Origin: Trueperaceae bacterium
Lineage (GTDB): Bacteria; Deinococcota; Deinococci; Deinococcales; Trueperaceae
Assembly: GCA_965214405.1 (NCBI GenBank)
Contig: OZ243956.1
Span: 3,232,001 to 3,296,000, forward strand
DNA: 64,000 bases
Direction of reading: 5' to 3'
Below are positions 42,608 through 52,923 of this stretch, one piece after another. The first letter of the stretch is position 1. Each line of letters starts with the position of its first letter. The position numbers and the translations under genes are program-made. A model generated the notes under the pieces. The model saw nothing but the letters and a program-made list of their open reading frames with translations. It had not been told where the DNA came from and searched no databases.

Positions 42608-45340
42608 TCAACTCCCTATCTCCTGCAAAATCTCGGGAAGCGCCGAGAGCGCACCCGGCACTTTTGAGGCGTCCTTGACCCCCGCCTGCGCCAAGTCAGG
42701 CCGACCGCCGCCGCCGCCGCCCGCGCGCTTGGCGACCTCGCGGACGAGGTTACCCGCGTGCGCGCCGCGTCCCTGCGCTTCTTTACCGACTTTTGCAACC
42801 AGCAGTGGCCCGCTGGCGAGCACGACCAAGTCCGCGCCGCTCTTTTGGAGCATCGCGTCGGCGGCGGTGCGGAGCGCGCCCGCGTCGAGACCGTCCAAAA
42901 GCGCAGTGCTGTAGCGAAAGCCCGCGGCCTCCCTTACAGCACTCGAGCCCCCGCCCGACGTCTGCGCCGCCGCCAGCTTGTCGCGCAGCCCCGCCGCCTC
43001 GCGCCCCGCCGCCTTGAGGTCGCCCTGAAGTTTCCCGACGCGCTCGGCCAGCTCGTCCGGTTTTGCGCCGAGTTCTCTCGAGAGCGCGTTCACGTTCTCC
43101 CGCAGGTCGCGCACAAAAGAAACCGCGGCCATCCCGACGGCGGCCTCGATCCGGCGCACCCCCGCCGAGACTGCCTCTTCTGAAGTGATGATAAAGAAGC
43201 CGATTTCGCCCGTGCGCTTGACGTGGGTGCCGCCGCAGAGTTCGGTGGAGACGGTTTTTATGTTGGCTGTGGGCGTGTCGGCCTCTCCGCTTCTATCTCC
43301 TGTCGCACCATCCCCTGTTGCACTACCCATCGTCACCATGCGGACGTTTGCGCCGTACTTCTCGCCGAAGAGCATCATTGCGCCTTGAGAGCGCGCCTCA
43401 CTAATGGGCACCACGCGCCAACTCACCTCGAAGTCGGCCTGAATCCAGCGGTTAACGAGGGTCTCAATCTCCTTTATTTCTCCCTGAGAGAGCGCCTGCG
43501 GGTGCGAGAAGTCGAAGCGCAGCCGGTCGGGCGCGACGAGCGAGCCCGCCTGCGCGACGTGCCGCCCTAGCACGCTCCGCAGCGCGGCGTGCAGGAGGTG
43601 GGTGGCGCTGTGGTGTTTTTCTGTGTCGCGGCGGCAGGGGTCCACGGCAGCGCGGATTGTTGCGCTGGGCTCGAGCCTCCCCCTCAAAACCCGCACCTGA
43701 TGCAGAAACAGCCCCTGTTTGCTCTTTGTCGTGCCGCTCACCGCCGCCTTGCCGCCCGGCCACTCGAGCACCCCGCTGTCGCCAAGCTGCCCGCCGCCCT
43801 CGGCGTAAAAGGGCGTTTGGTCGAGAATCACCTGGACGCTCTCGCTCTCGGTTGCTTCACGCACCGTTTCGTCCTCACGGAGGAGCGCCACCACGCGCGC
43901 CTCGCTCTCGGTCTCGTCGTAGCCCAAAAACTCAGTCTCGCCGTGCTCGCCCGCGATTTGGCCCAACGTGTCTTTACTGGCAGCAAAGAGCGCCCCCGCC
44001 TCCTTGCCGCCCCGCGACACCTCCCTGGCCGCCTCACGCGCCTCTCTGTAGCCCGCCCGGTCCACGCTAAAACCCCGCTCGGCGGCCATCTCCTCAGTAA
44101 GGTCCAGGGGAAAGCCGTACGTCTGCCATAAGTCAAAGGCGACCTCGCCAGAAAGTTCACTTCCCTCGAGATTATTAAAGAGGTGCGAGACGCGGGTAAT
44201 ACCCGCCTCGAGCGTCCGTAAAAAACTCTCCTCTTCGGTCCGGATGATGCCCTGGATGCGCTCTTTGGCGTCCTCCAACTCCGGGTACGCCTCACCCATC
44301 GCCTCGACAACCTGTTCAACCAATCTGTACAGCACGGGCTCGCGCAAGCCCAAAAGCCACGCGTGGCGCGCGGCGCGGCGGATGAGCATCTTGACGACGT
44401 AACCCGCGCCGTCGTTGGCGGGCAGCACGCCGTCATTCACCGCAAAGGTAACCGCGCGCACGTGGTCGGCGATGACGCGGTGCGATAGGCTCTCCACGCC
44501 CCGGTAGGGCTTGTTAGAGAGCGCCGCCACCCGCCGGATGGTGGGCTGGAACAGGTCGGTGGCGTAAGCGTCCTCAACGCCGCTCATGACCGCGGCTAGA
44601 CGTTCAAAGCCCAAACCCGTATCAATGTTCTGCTGCGGCAGCGGCACTAGCGCGCCCCCATCCTGGCGGTCGAACTGGGTAAAGACCAAGTTCCAGACCT
44701 CGATAAAGCGGTCTCCCGAGCCCGTGTTGGGTCCCGTTTCGTCGGGCGTGCCGTACTGGGGGCCGCGGTCATAAAAGATTTCCGAGCAGGGGCCGCAGGG
44801 GCCGTTAGGGCCTTGCGACACCGCGTTGGCGGGCCAGAAGTTCTCGTCTTCGCCCCACCTCGAGATGCGCGCCTCGGGCACGCCGACATGGTCACGCCAC
44901 ACCTCGAAAGCCTCGTCGTCGTCTAAATAAACCGTCACATAAAGGCGGTCGGGCTCGAGCCCCATCCATTCACTCGAGGTCAGAAACTCCCAGGCCCAGG
45001 CCGCCGCCTCGCGCTTGAAATAATCGCCAAACGAAAAGTTTCCCATCATCTCAAAAAACGAGTGATGCCGCAACGTGCGCCCGACGTTCTCGATGTCGCC
45101 CACCCGCAAACACTTCTGCGCCGTGGTGACGCGGTGCCAGACGCCCTCATACCCGGCGAACTTGGGCGTCGCGCCCAAAAAATAGGGCTTGAACTGCACC
45201 ATCCCCGCCGAGGTGAAAAGCAGCGTCGGGTCGTCGCTTTTCAGCGAAGACGAGGGGTAGACGAGGTGGTTTTTGGCCCTGAAGAACTCCAAGTATTTTT
45301 GTCTTAGCTCGTTGATGTTGATGGCCTGGGTGGGTTGCAT
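42608..45340 (-). CDS. alaS: Alanine--tRNA ligase
   Basis: DPTLLFTSAGM, HHSFFEM.GNFSFGDYFK, HSATHLLH, ELCGGTH, GGGGGRPDLAQAG. Confidence 0.98.
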   Translation of the reverse strand: MQPTQAININELRQKYLEFFRAKNHLVYPSSSLKSDDPTLLFTSAGMVQFKPYFLGATPKFAGYEGVWHRVTTAQKCLRVGDIENVGRTLRHHSFFEMMGNFSFGDYFKREAAAWAWEFLTSSEWMGLEPDRLYVTVYLDDDEAFEVWRDHVGVPEARISRWGEDENFWPANAVSQGPNGPCGPCSEIFYDRGPQYGTPDETGPNTGSGDRFIEVWNLVFTQFDRQDGGALVPLPQQNIDTGLGFERLAAVMSGVEDAYATDLFQPTIRRVAALSNKPYRGVESLSHRVIADHVRAVTFAVNDGVLPANDGAGYVVKMLIRRAARHAWLLGLREPVLYRLVEQVVEAMGEAYPELEDAKERIQGIIRTEEESFLRTLEAGITRVSHLFNNLEGSELSGEVAFDLWQTYGFPLDLTEEMAAERGFSVDRAGYREAREAAREVSRGGKEAGALFAASKDTLGQIAGEHGETEFLGYDETESEARVVALLREDETVREATESESVQVILDQTPFYAEGGGQLGDSGVLEWPGGKAAVSGTTKSKQGLFLHQVRVLRGRLEPSATIRAAVDPCRRDTEKHHSATHLLHAALRSVLGRHVAQAGSLVAPDRLRFDFSHPQALSQGEIKEIETLVNRWIQADFEVSWRVVPISEARSQGAMMLFGEKYGANVRMVTMGSATGDGATGDRSGEADTPTANIKTVSTELCGGTHVKRTGEIGFFIITSEEAVSAGVRRIEAAVGMAAVSFVRDLRENVNALSRELGAKPDELAERVGKLQGDLKAAGREAAGLRDKLAAAQTSGGGSSAVREAAGFRYSTALLDGLDAGALRTAADAMLQKSGADLVVLASGPLLVAKVGKEAQGRGAHAGNLVREVAKRAGGGGGGRPDLAQAGVKDASKVPGALSALPEILQEIGS

Positions 45341-45442
45341 AAAGTGCCTCCTGCTTACACTGGTTTTTGATTATACAGGGGCTCGAGGCGGAGGAGGGTA
45401 GTAGGTGGCCTGAGCGTGTTGAGAGTTCTAGCCGGGCGTTTG

Positions 45443-46018
45443 TCAAATTTCCCACGTGGAGCTGTAAGTTCTTTTCGAAAGTAAGCGGCAGAGCTCCGTC
45501 ATAACGGACATACTTTTCTCAACGCGCTGCATCTTTTCGGCGTCGAGCCGACCATCCGACCAGTGACGGTTATGCGCGTAGATATGATAGGGATTGATGA
45601 TGCACTTGAAGTCGAGCATGAGCGAGGTCGCCATCTCTCTAAAAGCCGTGTAGCTGTGGGGCAAACCGCCCGAATTGGCAAAGGTAATCACCTTGTCGAA
45701 CAGCGCCCCCTCGAGCGAGCCGTCCGGCGGCGTGGACCCGATATATTCGACATACTTTTTGAGTTCCGAGCTGACGCCCCAGTTGTAGACCGGACTGCAC
45801 ATCACGATACCGTCGCTCTCACGCGTGGCCTTGTGAAGCTGCTGGTACACGGGCGTCTGATAAATGGTGTCGTTGTCAAAGTTGGGTATCTCAAGCTCAG
45901 CTAAATCGACAAACGCGGTTTTGACGTCAAGCGGCTCGAGCACACGCTGGCAGATATGGGCGAGTTCGCGGCTACGGCTGTTCTTGTCGAGGCTGGAACT
46001 TAGGATGAGGACTCTCAC
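45443..46018 (-). CDS. NADPH-dependent FMN reductase family
   Basis: LSSSL...SRS, SPVYNW...LK flavodoxin-like motifs. Confidence 0.85.
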   Translation of the reverse strand: MRVLILSSSLDKNSRSRELAHICQRVLEPLDVKTAFVDLAELEIPNFDNDTIYQTPVYQQLHKATRESDGIVMCSPVYNWGVSSELKKYVEYIGSTPPDGSLEGALFDKVITFANSGGLPHSYTAFREMATSLMLDFKCIINPYHIYAHNRHWSDGRLDAEKMQRVEKSMSVMTELCRLLSKRTYSSTWEI

Positions 46019-46126
46019 GGCTTTACGATACTCGGGTTGCTTATTGTCTAGCGGATATTAGCAACTCTGATGATAAAGGCTCGAGAGCGCACGTAGAAAT
46101 GTGCGGCGCGTGCTAAAGTCCAACGC

Positions 46127-46360
46127 ATGGAAACGCAAAACCTTACCCTGCGTCTTCCCAAACCGCTCCTCAAAAAGGCCAAGCAGCTAGCCGCCGAAAG
46201 GGGCACCACGCTCACCGCGCTTGTCATAGAAGGACTCACCCGCACCACAAGCGGCAATGAAGCCTACGACGCCGCCTGGGAGCGGCAGCGGGCGCTGATG
46301 CGTGAGGGTAGGAAACGCGAAGAAGCTTTTTTAGACCGCGACGCGTTGCATGAGTGTTAG
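46127..46360 (+). CDS. RHH-type antitoxin (VapB-like)
   Basis: NLTLRLPK.LL.KAK.LAAERGTTL..LV; RDALHE end. Overlaps the PIN gene. Confidence 0.8.
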   Translation: METQNLTLRLPKPLLKKAKQLAAERGTTLTALVIEGLTRTTSGNEAYDAAWERQRALMREGRKREEAFLDRDALHEC

Positions 46361-46763
46361 TCTGACGTTTGTAGACACCAACATTCTCCTTTACGCCTGC
46401 GACCACAGCGAACCCGCCAAGCAGGCGAGAGCGGAAGCGTTGCTGAACGAGCTTTGGGAGCGCCGTACGGGGTGCTTGAGCATTCAAGTGTTGCAAGAAT
46501 TTTACGTAAACGCGACGCGAAAGCTTCGGCTCGAGCCCTCCGCCGCACGACAAATCATTGAAGATTACTCTCTCTGGTTCGTTCACGCGCCCACCACCGC
46601 CGACGTTACCGGCGCAATTGACTTGCGGGAAGCGCACCGCCTGTCCTTTTGGGATGCGATGGTTGTGCAGAGCGCGCTCACGCTCGGCTGCGGGGTGCTC
46701 TGGTCAGAAGACCTGAACCCCGGTGAGCGTTTTGGGGCGCTCGAGCTGCGCACGCCCTTCTAA
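46350..46763 (+). CDS. vapC: PIN-domain toxin (VapC-like)
   Basis: FVDTNILLYA, QVLQEF, SFWDA, SEDL. Confidence 0.88.
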   Translation: MSVSLTFVDTNILLYACDHSEPAKQARAEALLNELWERRTGCLSIQVLQEFYVNATRKLRLEPSAARQIIEDYSLWFVHAPTTADVTGAIDLREAHRLSFWDAMVVQSALTLGCGVLWSEDLNPGERFGALELRTPF

Positions 46764-46825
46764 CGTCAGCCCTCGTTTTCAAACTCCAACGGTTTGTTCG
46801 TTCAAATCAACGAGGGAGCAACCGC

Positions 46826-47749
46826 TTAGGTTTCGGAACCCTCGAGCAACCCCTCAATCTCCTCTCTGGTCGGCAAGCTCGGCTGCGCGCCCTCTTTGGT
46901 GGTGGCGAGCGCGCCCGCCGTGTTGGCGAAGCGCAGGGCGGGCTCGAGCCCCTTCTCTTCAGCCAGGGCAACCGCAAACGCGCCGCAAAAGGCGTCGCCT
47001 GCGGCGGTGGTGTCGATGGCTTTGACGTTGTGAGGCTCGAGCTTTCCTTCTCCGTCATCACTTGACCAGACAAGCCCGCGCGCGCCTAAGGTAACCACAA
47101 CCTTTTCGGCCCCGCGTTCACGTAAAGACTGAGCGGCGGCGAGAGCACTCTCAGCGTCCGTTACACTTGACCCGCTGAGGAGCGCCGCTTCTCCTTCGTT
47201 GACCACCAGATAGCGAATTTTTGACAGAAGCTCATCCGCAAGAGGTTGCGCGGGGGCGGGGTTGAGGAGCACCGGGACGCCGAGCGCTGCCGCCGCCTCG
47301 GCTACGGTTTGGACGGTGGGGAGGGGAATCTCGAGCTGCATCACTACAAGCGCCGCGCCGTCAAGCATCCCTTCTTCAAAATCTTTAGGGCTCAGTTTGC
47401 CGTTCGCGCCTGGGCTCACCACAATCATGTTCTGCCCGTCCGCGTCCACGGTGATAAGCGCGACGCCGCTGAGTCCTTCAACAGTTCTAACGCGTTCGGT
47501 ATCCACCCCGGCCTCCCGCAAAGCCTCTCTTAACGCGTCTCCATAAGCGTCGGAGCCGACGAGGCCGAGCATCGCCACGTCTCCGCCCGCCTTGGACGCG
47601 GCGGCGGCCTGGTTCGCGCCCTTGCCGCCGGGGATGGTGCGGGTGTCGCCGCCAAGCACCGTGTCGCCGGGCTTGGGATGCGTTTCGACTGTGACGACTA
47701 AGTCCATGTTGAGGCTGCCGACGACAAGGATGCGGTTGGGGCGTTTCAT
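46826..47749 (-). CDS. rbsK: Ribokinase
   Basis: GSLNMD, GGKGANQA, LNPAPA, NEGEA, DTTAAGDAF. Confidence 0.92.
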   Translation of the reverse strand: MKRPNRILVVGSLNMDLVVTVETHPKPGDTVLGGDTRTIPGGKGANQAAAASKAGGDVAMLGLVGSDAYGDALREALREAGVDTERVRTVEGLSGVALITVDADGQNMIVVSPGANGKLSPKDFEEGMLDGAALVVMQLEIPLPTVQTVAEAAAALGVPVLLNPAPAQPLADELLSKIRYLVVNEGEAALLSGSSVTDAESALAAAQSLRERGAEKVVVTLGARGLVWSSDDGEGKLEPHNVKAIDTTAAGDAFCGAFAVALAEEKGLEPALRFANTAGALATTKEGAQPSLPTREEIEGLLEGSET

Positions 47750-47870
47750 ACACCCATTGTTTCATATGCTTACGGTGTGGTTCGGGGATGCGCGGCGACT
47801 CCGTCCGGTTTTGTGATGCTCCCGCCCCTCCCGTGCTATAAAAAGAGTCGCATTTAATGGAGGGGGACTT

Positions 47871-48665
47871 ATGAAGAATTTGATGACGCTGGAAGGAAAA
47901 GTGGCCTTAGTAACGGGCGCGGGCTCGGGCATCGGCGCGGCCACGGCCAAGCGCTTTGCCGAGGCGGGGGCCAGGGTGGGTTTGGCGGCGCGCACCAAAG
48001 AGGAGCTCGAGGCCGTCAAAGATGACATTGAGGCAGCCGGAGGCGAGGCGCTGGTTTTAACCGTGGACATTTCCGACGTGGACTCGCTTAAAGAAGCGTA
48101 CGAGACGCTGTTGGACCGTTGGGGACGGCTCGACGTGGTCTTCGCCAACGCCGGGGTGAACGGCGTGTGGGCACCCATCGAAGACTTAGAGATGGACGAG
48201 TGGAAAAAAACCATCGACATCAACTTGAGCGGCACCTTTGCAACGATAAAGTTCGCGGTGCCGCACCTCAGAAAGCAGGGCGGCGCGATCGTCGTGACCG
48301 CGTCGGTCAACGGCACGCGCATGTTTTCGAACTCGGGCGCGACCGCCTACGCCTCGACCAAGGCGGCGCAGGTGGCGATGACGAAGATGCTCGCCTTAGA
48401 GCTTGCCAAGCACCGCATCCGCGTCAACGTCATTTGTCCGGGTGCCATCGACACGCAGATTGACGAAAACACCGAGCAGCGCAACACCGAAGCGGCGCGC
48501 GAGCCTGTGGAGTTTCCCGAGGGGCAAATCCCACTTACCGACGGTGAACCCGGCACTTCTGAAGAGGTCGCGGAGTTGGTGCTTTTTCTCTCCTCGGACG
48601 CGTCCACGCACATCACGGGTACGGAAATGTGGATTGACGGGGGTCAGTCGTTGCTGCAGGGTTGA
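47871..48665 (+). CDS. SDR family oxidoreductase
   Basis: TGAGSGIG, NAG, YASTK. Confidence 0.92.
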   Translation: MKNLMTLEGKVALVTGAGSGIGAATAKRFAEAGARVGLAARTKEELEAVKDDIEAAGGEALVLTVDISDVDSLKEAYETLLDRWGRLDVVFANAGVNGVWAPIEDLEMDEWKKTIDINLSGTFATIKFAVPHLRKQGGAIVVTASVNGTRMFSNSGATAYASTKAAQVAMTKMLALELAKHRIRVNVICPGAIDTQIDENTEQRNTEAAREPVEFPEGQIPLTDGEPGTSEEVAELVLFLSSDASTHITGTEMWIDGGQSLLQG

Positions 48666-48680
48666 GTTCAAGGAGGTTGT

Positions 48681-49568
48681 GTGCCTGTACTTTACATCGT
48701 TCTCACGCTTTTGGGGCTCCTCCTCCTCCTCATTCTTTGGGGCCTCCTCGAGCCCTACACCATCGACGTGCAGGAGCAGCGGGGCGAGATTCCAGGTTTG
48801 CCCGACTCCTGGGTGGGCGCGCGGGTCGCGGTGATTGGCGATATCCAGATAGGCATGTGGCTCACCAACATCTCCACGGTGCGCCGCATCGTCCGCAAAA
48901 TCGTCCGTGAAAAGCCCGACCTGGTGCTCTTAACGGGCGACTTTGTTTATGACAAACGGAGCGCCATCACCGAAGCGGTGAGCCTGGTGCGCCCGCTTGC
49001 CAAAGCAGCGTTGCCCGTTTACGCGGTGCTCGGTAACCACGACTACGCAATGCCCACAAAAAAAGATGATGGGGACCAGGGGTTGGTGGACGCCTTGGAA
49101 GAGGCGTTGGAAGAGGTCGGCATTCCTGTTCTACACAATGAAGCGGTGAAGCTCGAGTCTTCAGCAGGCGAAGCCCTCTACCTCGTCGCCGTCGGCGCGC
49201 ACGTCCCGGAAGACGACCACCCCGAAAAGGCGCTTGCCGAGGTGCCCGAGGACGCCCCCCGCATCGCGCTGATGCACCACCCCGCCTCGTTTGACAAGTT
49301 TCCCGCCCACAGCGCGCCCCTGGCCGTGGCGGGTCACACCCACGGCGGCCAAATCAGTCTGCCGGGCTCGCCCTACTGGACCTACCTCACCTATTTTTAT
49401 GGCGATGACATCTACATAGCCGGTTGGGTGGACGACCCCGCGGTGCGTGGCTACGGCGCGGAGGGCAACCACTTGTACATCAACCGCGGCATCGGCTTTA
49501 GCGTGGTGCCCCTAAGGATTCGCTGTCAGCCCGAACTCACCTTTTTTACGCTCGAGCGCCCCGCCTAA
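48681..49568 (+). CDS. Metallophosphoesterase
   Basis: GDIQ, TGDF, GNHD, GHTHGGQ. N-terminal TM segment. Confidence 0.9.
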   Translation: MPVLYIVLTLLGLLLLLILWGLLEPYTIDVQEQRGEIPGLPDSWVGARVAVIGDIQIGMWLTNISTVRRIVRKIVREKPDLVLLTGDFVYDKRSAITEAVSLVRPLAKAALPVYAVLGNHDYAMPTKKDDGDQGLVDALEEALEEVGIPVLHNEAVKLESSAGEALYLVAVGAHVPEDDHPEKALAEVPEDAPRIALMHHPASFDKFPAHSAPLAVAGHTHGGQISLPGSPYWTYLTYFYGDDIYIAGWVDDPAVRGYGAEGNHLYINRGIGFSVVPLRIRCQPELTFFTLERPA

Positions 49569-49679
49569 CGCTCCCGCCTTTGATTTTCCCCCTCAACTTT
49601 TTTCCGCACTCCCTCCTGATACGAGTCTCCCTGACTGTTTCGGGCGTCTTCCCCACGTATTCTCTCTTCAGGAGGATTT

Positions 49680-50075
49680 ATGGCAAGCGATATGGCGCAA
49701 AAGTTTATGGACACGCTTCAGGAAATCGAGAATTCAAAAGACGTAACGCCGCTCGTGCAAATGTTCGCCGAGGACGCCGAGCTGCGCAGGCTCTCGCAAG
49801 AAACGATGACCGGCAAGGACGGTGCGCGCGAGTTCTGGGAAGAGTATTTGGAGATGTTCGAGACGATTCACTCGGACTTTAACCACGTTATTGAGGGGGA
49901 CAACGGGATTTTGCTCGAGTGGAAGTCCAGCGGCAAACTGTCAAACGGCAAGGCGCTCGAGTACCGCGGCGTGAGCATTTTTGAAGCTGACGGGGACAAG
50001 GTCACGAATTTTCGGACCTATTACGACTCGGCGGTGTTTACGGGTGACGAAGTGGAGGGGGCCAAGCACAGGTAG
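49680..50075 (+). CDS. NTF2/SnoaL-like protein
   Basis: FAEDA, EW...G, GVSIFE..GDKV..FRTYYD. Confidence 0.85.
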   Translation: MASDMAQKFMDTLQEIENSKDVTPLVQMFAEDAELRRLSQETMTGKDGAREFWEEYLEMFETIHSDFNHVIEGDNGILLEWKSSGKLSNGKALEYRGVSIFEADGDKVTNFRTYYDSAVFTGDEVEGAKHR

Positions 50076-50238
50076 GTTTGGGTGAGAGGGCTCGAGCGAG
50101 AAAGCAGTCACGCCTCAGTTTGACGCGCAGATAAACCGCAAAAAGAAGGAGGGGAAAGTGACGTGAATGTAGTCACTAAAACCCCTCTTATAAGAAGTAA
50201 TGTTCAGCTACTTCCTTTCATCCTGTTACACTGTCGTT

Positions 50239-50448
50239 ATGAAAGACCTATTGACCGTCGTTGAGACGTTGCCGCCAGAATTGCAAACGGAGGTCTACGA
50301 ATACGCCTTGTCACTCCGGGAGACGCCTTTACCTCAGCCTTTACCTCACAGTCAGCCGCTCATCCTCGATATGCATAAAGGCGCACTGACAATGGCAAGC
50401 GACTTTGACGAAGCTCTGCCCGATACCTTTTGGCTCGGTGAGGAATGA
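50239..50448 (+). CDS. DUF2281-like antitoxin
   Basis: LPPELQ.EV.EY...L and MASDFDE.LP..F motifs. Leaderless (TACACT-N6-ATG). Confidence 0.75.
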   Translation: MKDLLTVVETLPPELQTEVYEYALSLRETPLPQPLPHSQPLILDMHKGALTMASDFDEALPDTFWLGEE

Positions 50449-50451
50449 CGT

Positions 50452-50847
50452 GTAAGGCTGCTGCTCGACACGCACGCCTTTATTTGGCTGGATAGCAACG
50501 CCGCAAAACTTCCCAACACTCTCGTTAGCCACCTCGGACAAGCCACAACAAGCAAGGTGCTGAGTACCGTCGTTCCTTGGGAAATGCGCATCAAAGCAAG
50601 TTTGGGAAAGCTCGAGCTACGAGACGACCTAAAGAAAATCGTCGATGAGCAGGTGCAGCGCAATCGCTTCAGCGTGCTCCCCGTCACCTTGGAGCACGTG
50701 TACGAACTTCGCCTTTTACCTCATCATCACGGTGACCCGTTTGACAGGTTGCTCATCGTACAAGCAAGGGTCGAGGGTTGTACTCTGGTCACCTCCGACC
50801 TTAAAATGCGTCTGTATGACGTGCCAGTCCTATGGGACAAGGCCTAG
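50452..50847 (+). pseudogene. vapC: PIN-domain toxin lacking a canonical start codon
   Basis: Frame reads (GTA)-RLLLDTHAFIW...WEM.IK.SLGKL...HGDPFDRLL..QA...LVTSD. No in-frame ATG/GTG before the PIN N-terminus. Confidence 0.7.
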
Positions 50848-50874
50848 CGGATAAAGTTTTGTTTCAGTCCAAGC

Positions 50875-52923
50875 CTAATCTGCGCCCGTCACCCGCCCCG
50901 GCCCTTCCTGATACTGCAACTCGTAAAGTTTACGGTAATACCCGTTTTGCTCCAAAAGCTCAAAGTGGTTGCCCTGCTCCGCGAGCTTGCCCTTACGCAT
51001 GACCATGATGCGGTCTACGTTCTGGATGGTCGAAAGCCTGTGCGCGATGATGATGCTCGTGCGGCCCTGCATAAGTTTCTCGAGCGCGTCCTGGATGAGT
51101 TCTTCGGTTTCGGTGTCCACGTTGGCGGTGGCCTCGTCTAAAACCAACAGGATGTCGGGGTTTTGCACCAGCGCCCTGGCAAAGGCGATGAGTTGCTTTT
51201 GTCCCGTCGAGAAGCCCGCGCCGCGCTCGCGCACGGGGGTGTCGTAACCCTCGGGTAAGCGAGAGATAAAGCCGTGCGCATTGACAAACTTGGCGGCCTC
51301 GATAACGCGCTCCAAAGGAATCGTGTCGTCGTTCAGCGTGATGTTGCTCCTCACCGTGCCGCTAAACAAAAAGGGGTCTTGCAACACGATACCCACGTGC
51401 CGCCGCAGCTCGACCTGGTCGTAGTCGCGCACGTTTTTACCGTCGATGCGAACCTCGCCACGCTGCACGTCGTAAAAGCGTGACACGAGCGAGATGATGG
51501 TCGTCTTGCCCGCGCCCGTGTGCCCCACAAAGGCGACCGACTCGCCGGGCTTGATGGTAAAGGTGAGGTCTCTCAACACCCAATCCTCATCTTGATAGGC
51601 GAACCACACGCCGTCAAAGGCGACCTCGCCGCGGAAGCTGCCAAACTCGAGCGGGTCCGGGCGATTGGTAATGCCCTCGGGCGTGTCCAGAAGTTCAAAA
51701 ATGCGCTCTGACGAGGCCATCGCGCCCTGGATGGTGTTGAAGCGGTCGCTGAGGTTTTGGATGGGCCGGAAGAACTGGCTCGAGTATTGCAAAAAGGCAA
51801 TGAGCACTCCGATGGTGACTGCCCCGCCCGCCCCCAGCCCAAAGATGCCCGTGCCGAGAATTTGCGTCGCGCCGTAGATGAGAATCAGCGCGGTCGAAAT
51901 CGCGCTCACAAACTGTACGGTCGGAAAGAAGAGGCTGAACCAGCGGATTTGCTCGACGTAGGCGTCTAAGAGAGACAGGTTGATTTTGTCAAAGGCCTGC
52001 TGATTGCGCGCCTCGCGGTTGAAAAGCTGCACCGTCGGCATCCCCGTGAGGTTCTCAGCGACGTAAGCGTTCGAGCGTGACAGGCGCACCCGCACCGCGC
52101 GGTAGGCGTCGCGGAGCCTACCGCGTAAAAAGTTGAGCGTAAGAAAAAGGGGCGGCATGATGGCGACCGTGATAAGCGCGAGCTGCCAGTTGATAAAAAA
52201 CATGTACACGGTGATGCCGATGAGGAGCCCTACGTCCGCGACCAGCCCCACCACCCCGTCGGTCACCATGCGCTCTATCGCCTCGATGTCCGAGGTGATG
52301 CGGGTGATGAGGCGGCCCACCGGGGTGCGGTCGAAAAAGCCCATGTGGAGCCCCTGGACTTTACGAAAAATTGCCCGCCGCAGGTCGTAAATCACGTACT
52401 GCCCGAGCCAGTTAACGAGGTAGATGTAGCCGTAGCGCAGCGCGAAGTTGATAAGGGTCAGGCCGACGTAAATAAGTACCACGGTGGTGAGGCCCTGAAG
52501 GCGCAGGGCGAGAGCCTCGGGGCTCATAAGCGCCTCTGAAGGTGCGCCGCCGGTTGTAAACGTGTAAAAGCTGCCTAGCGCGGGAGAGAGGAGGTCTCGC
52601 AACCAAACCGTTTGATCCGCTGCGGGTCGAATGTAGGTGTCGATAGCAAACTTGAGGAGAAAGGTAAGCGCCGGAACGATGGCGCTGTAAAGGAGCACCA
52701 GCACGGCGGCGGCGCTGACTTGCGCGGGGTAAGGGCGCAAGTACCCGAGCAGGCGCTTGGTGACGTCCCAGTCGAATGACTTCTTAAAAGCCTCGCCCTC
52801 TTCGTTGAGGTTGCCCTCCTCGCGGAGCTTTTGAACGCGGCTACGGCGATTTTTACGCGCCTCGCGTTTAGCCTCCTCGACGCTATAAGGTCTGCTGTAT
52901 GCTTCTCCCGACTCAGGCGGCAT
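50875..52923 (-). CDS. ABC exporter half-transporter (TMD + NBD, degenerate FSTGQ signature)
   Basis: GHTGAGKT, FSTGQKQ, LDEAT, AHRLS. Confidence 0.92.
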   Translation of the reverse strand: MPPESGEAYSRPYSVEEAKREARKNRRSRVQKLREEGNLNEEGEAFKKSFDWDVTKRLLGYLRPYPAQVSAAAVLVLLYSAIVPALTFLLKFAIDTYIRPAADQTVWLRDLLSPALGSFYTFTTGGAPSEALMSPEALALRLQGLTTVVLIYVGLTLINFALRYGYIYLVNWLGQYVIYDLRRAIFRKVQGLHMGFFDRTPVGRLITRITSDIEAIERMVTDGVVGLVADVGLLIGITVYMFFINWQLALITVAIMPPLFLTLNFLRGRLRDAYRAVRVRLSRSNAYVAENLTGMPTVQLFNREARNQQAFDKINLSLLDAYVEQIRWFSLFFPTVQFVSAISTALILIYGATQILGTGIFGLGAGGAVTIGVLIAFLQYSSQFFRPIQNLSDRFNTIQGAMASSERIFELLDTPEGITNRPDPLEFGSFRGEVAFDGVWFAYQDEDWVLRDLTFTIKPGESVAFVGHTGAGKTTIISLVSRFYDVQRGEVRIDGKNVRDYDQVELRRHVGIVLQDPFLFSGTVRSNITLNDDTIPLERVIEAAKFVNAHGFISRLPEGYDTPVRERGAGFSTGQKQLIAFARALVQNPDILLVLDEATANVDTETEELIQDALEKLMQGRTSIIIAHRLSTIQNVDRIMVMRKGKLAEQGNHFELLEQNGYYRKLYELQYQEGPGRVTGAD

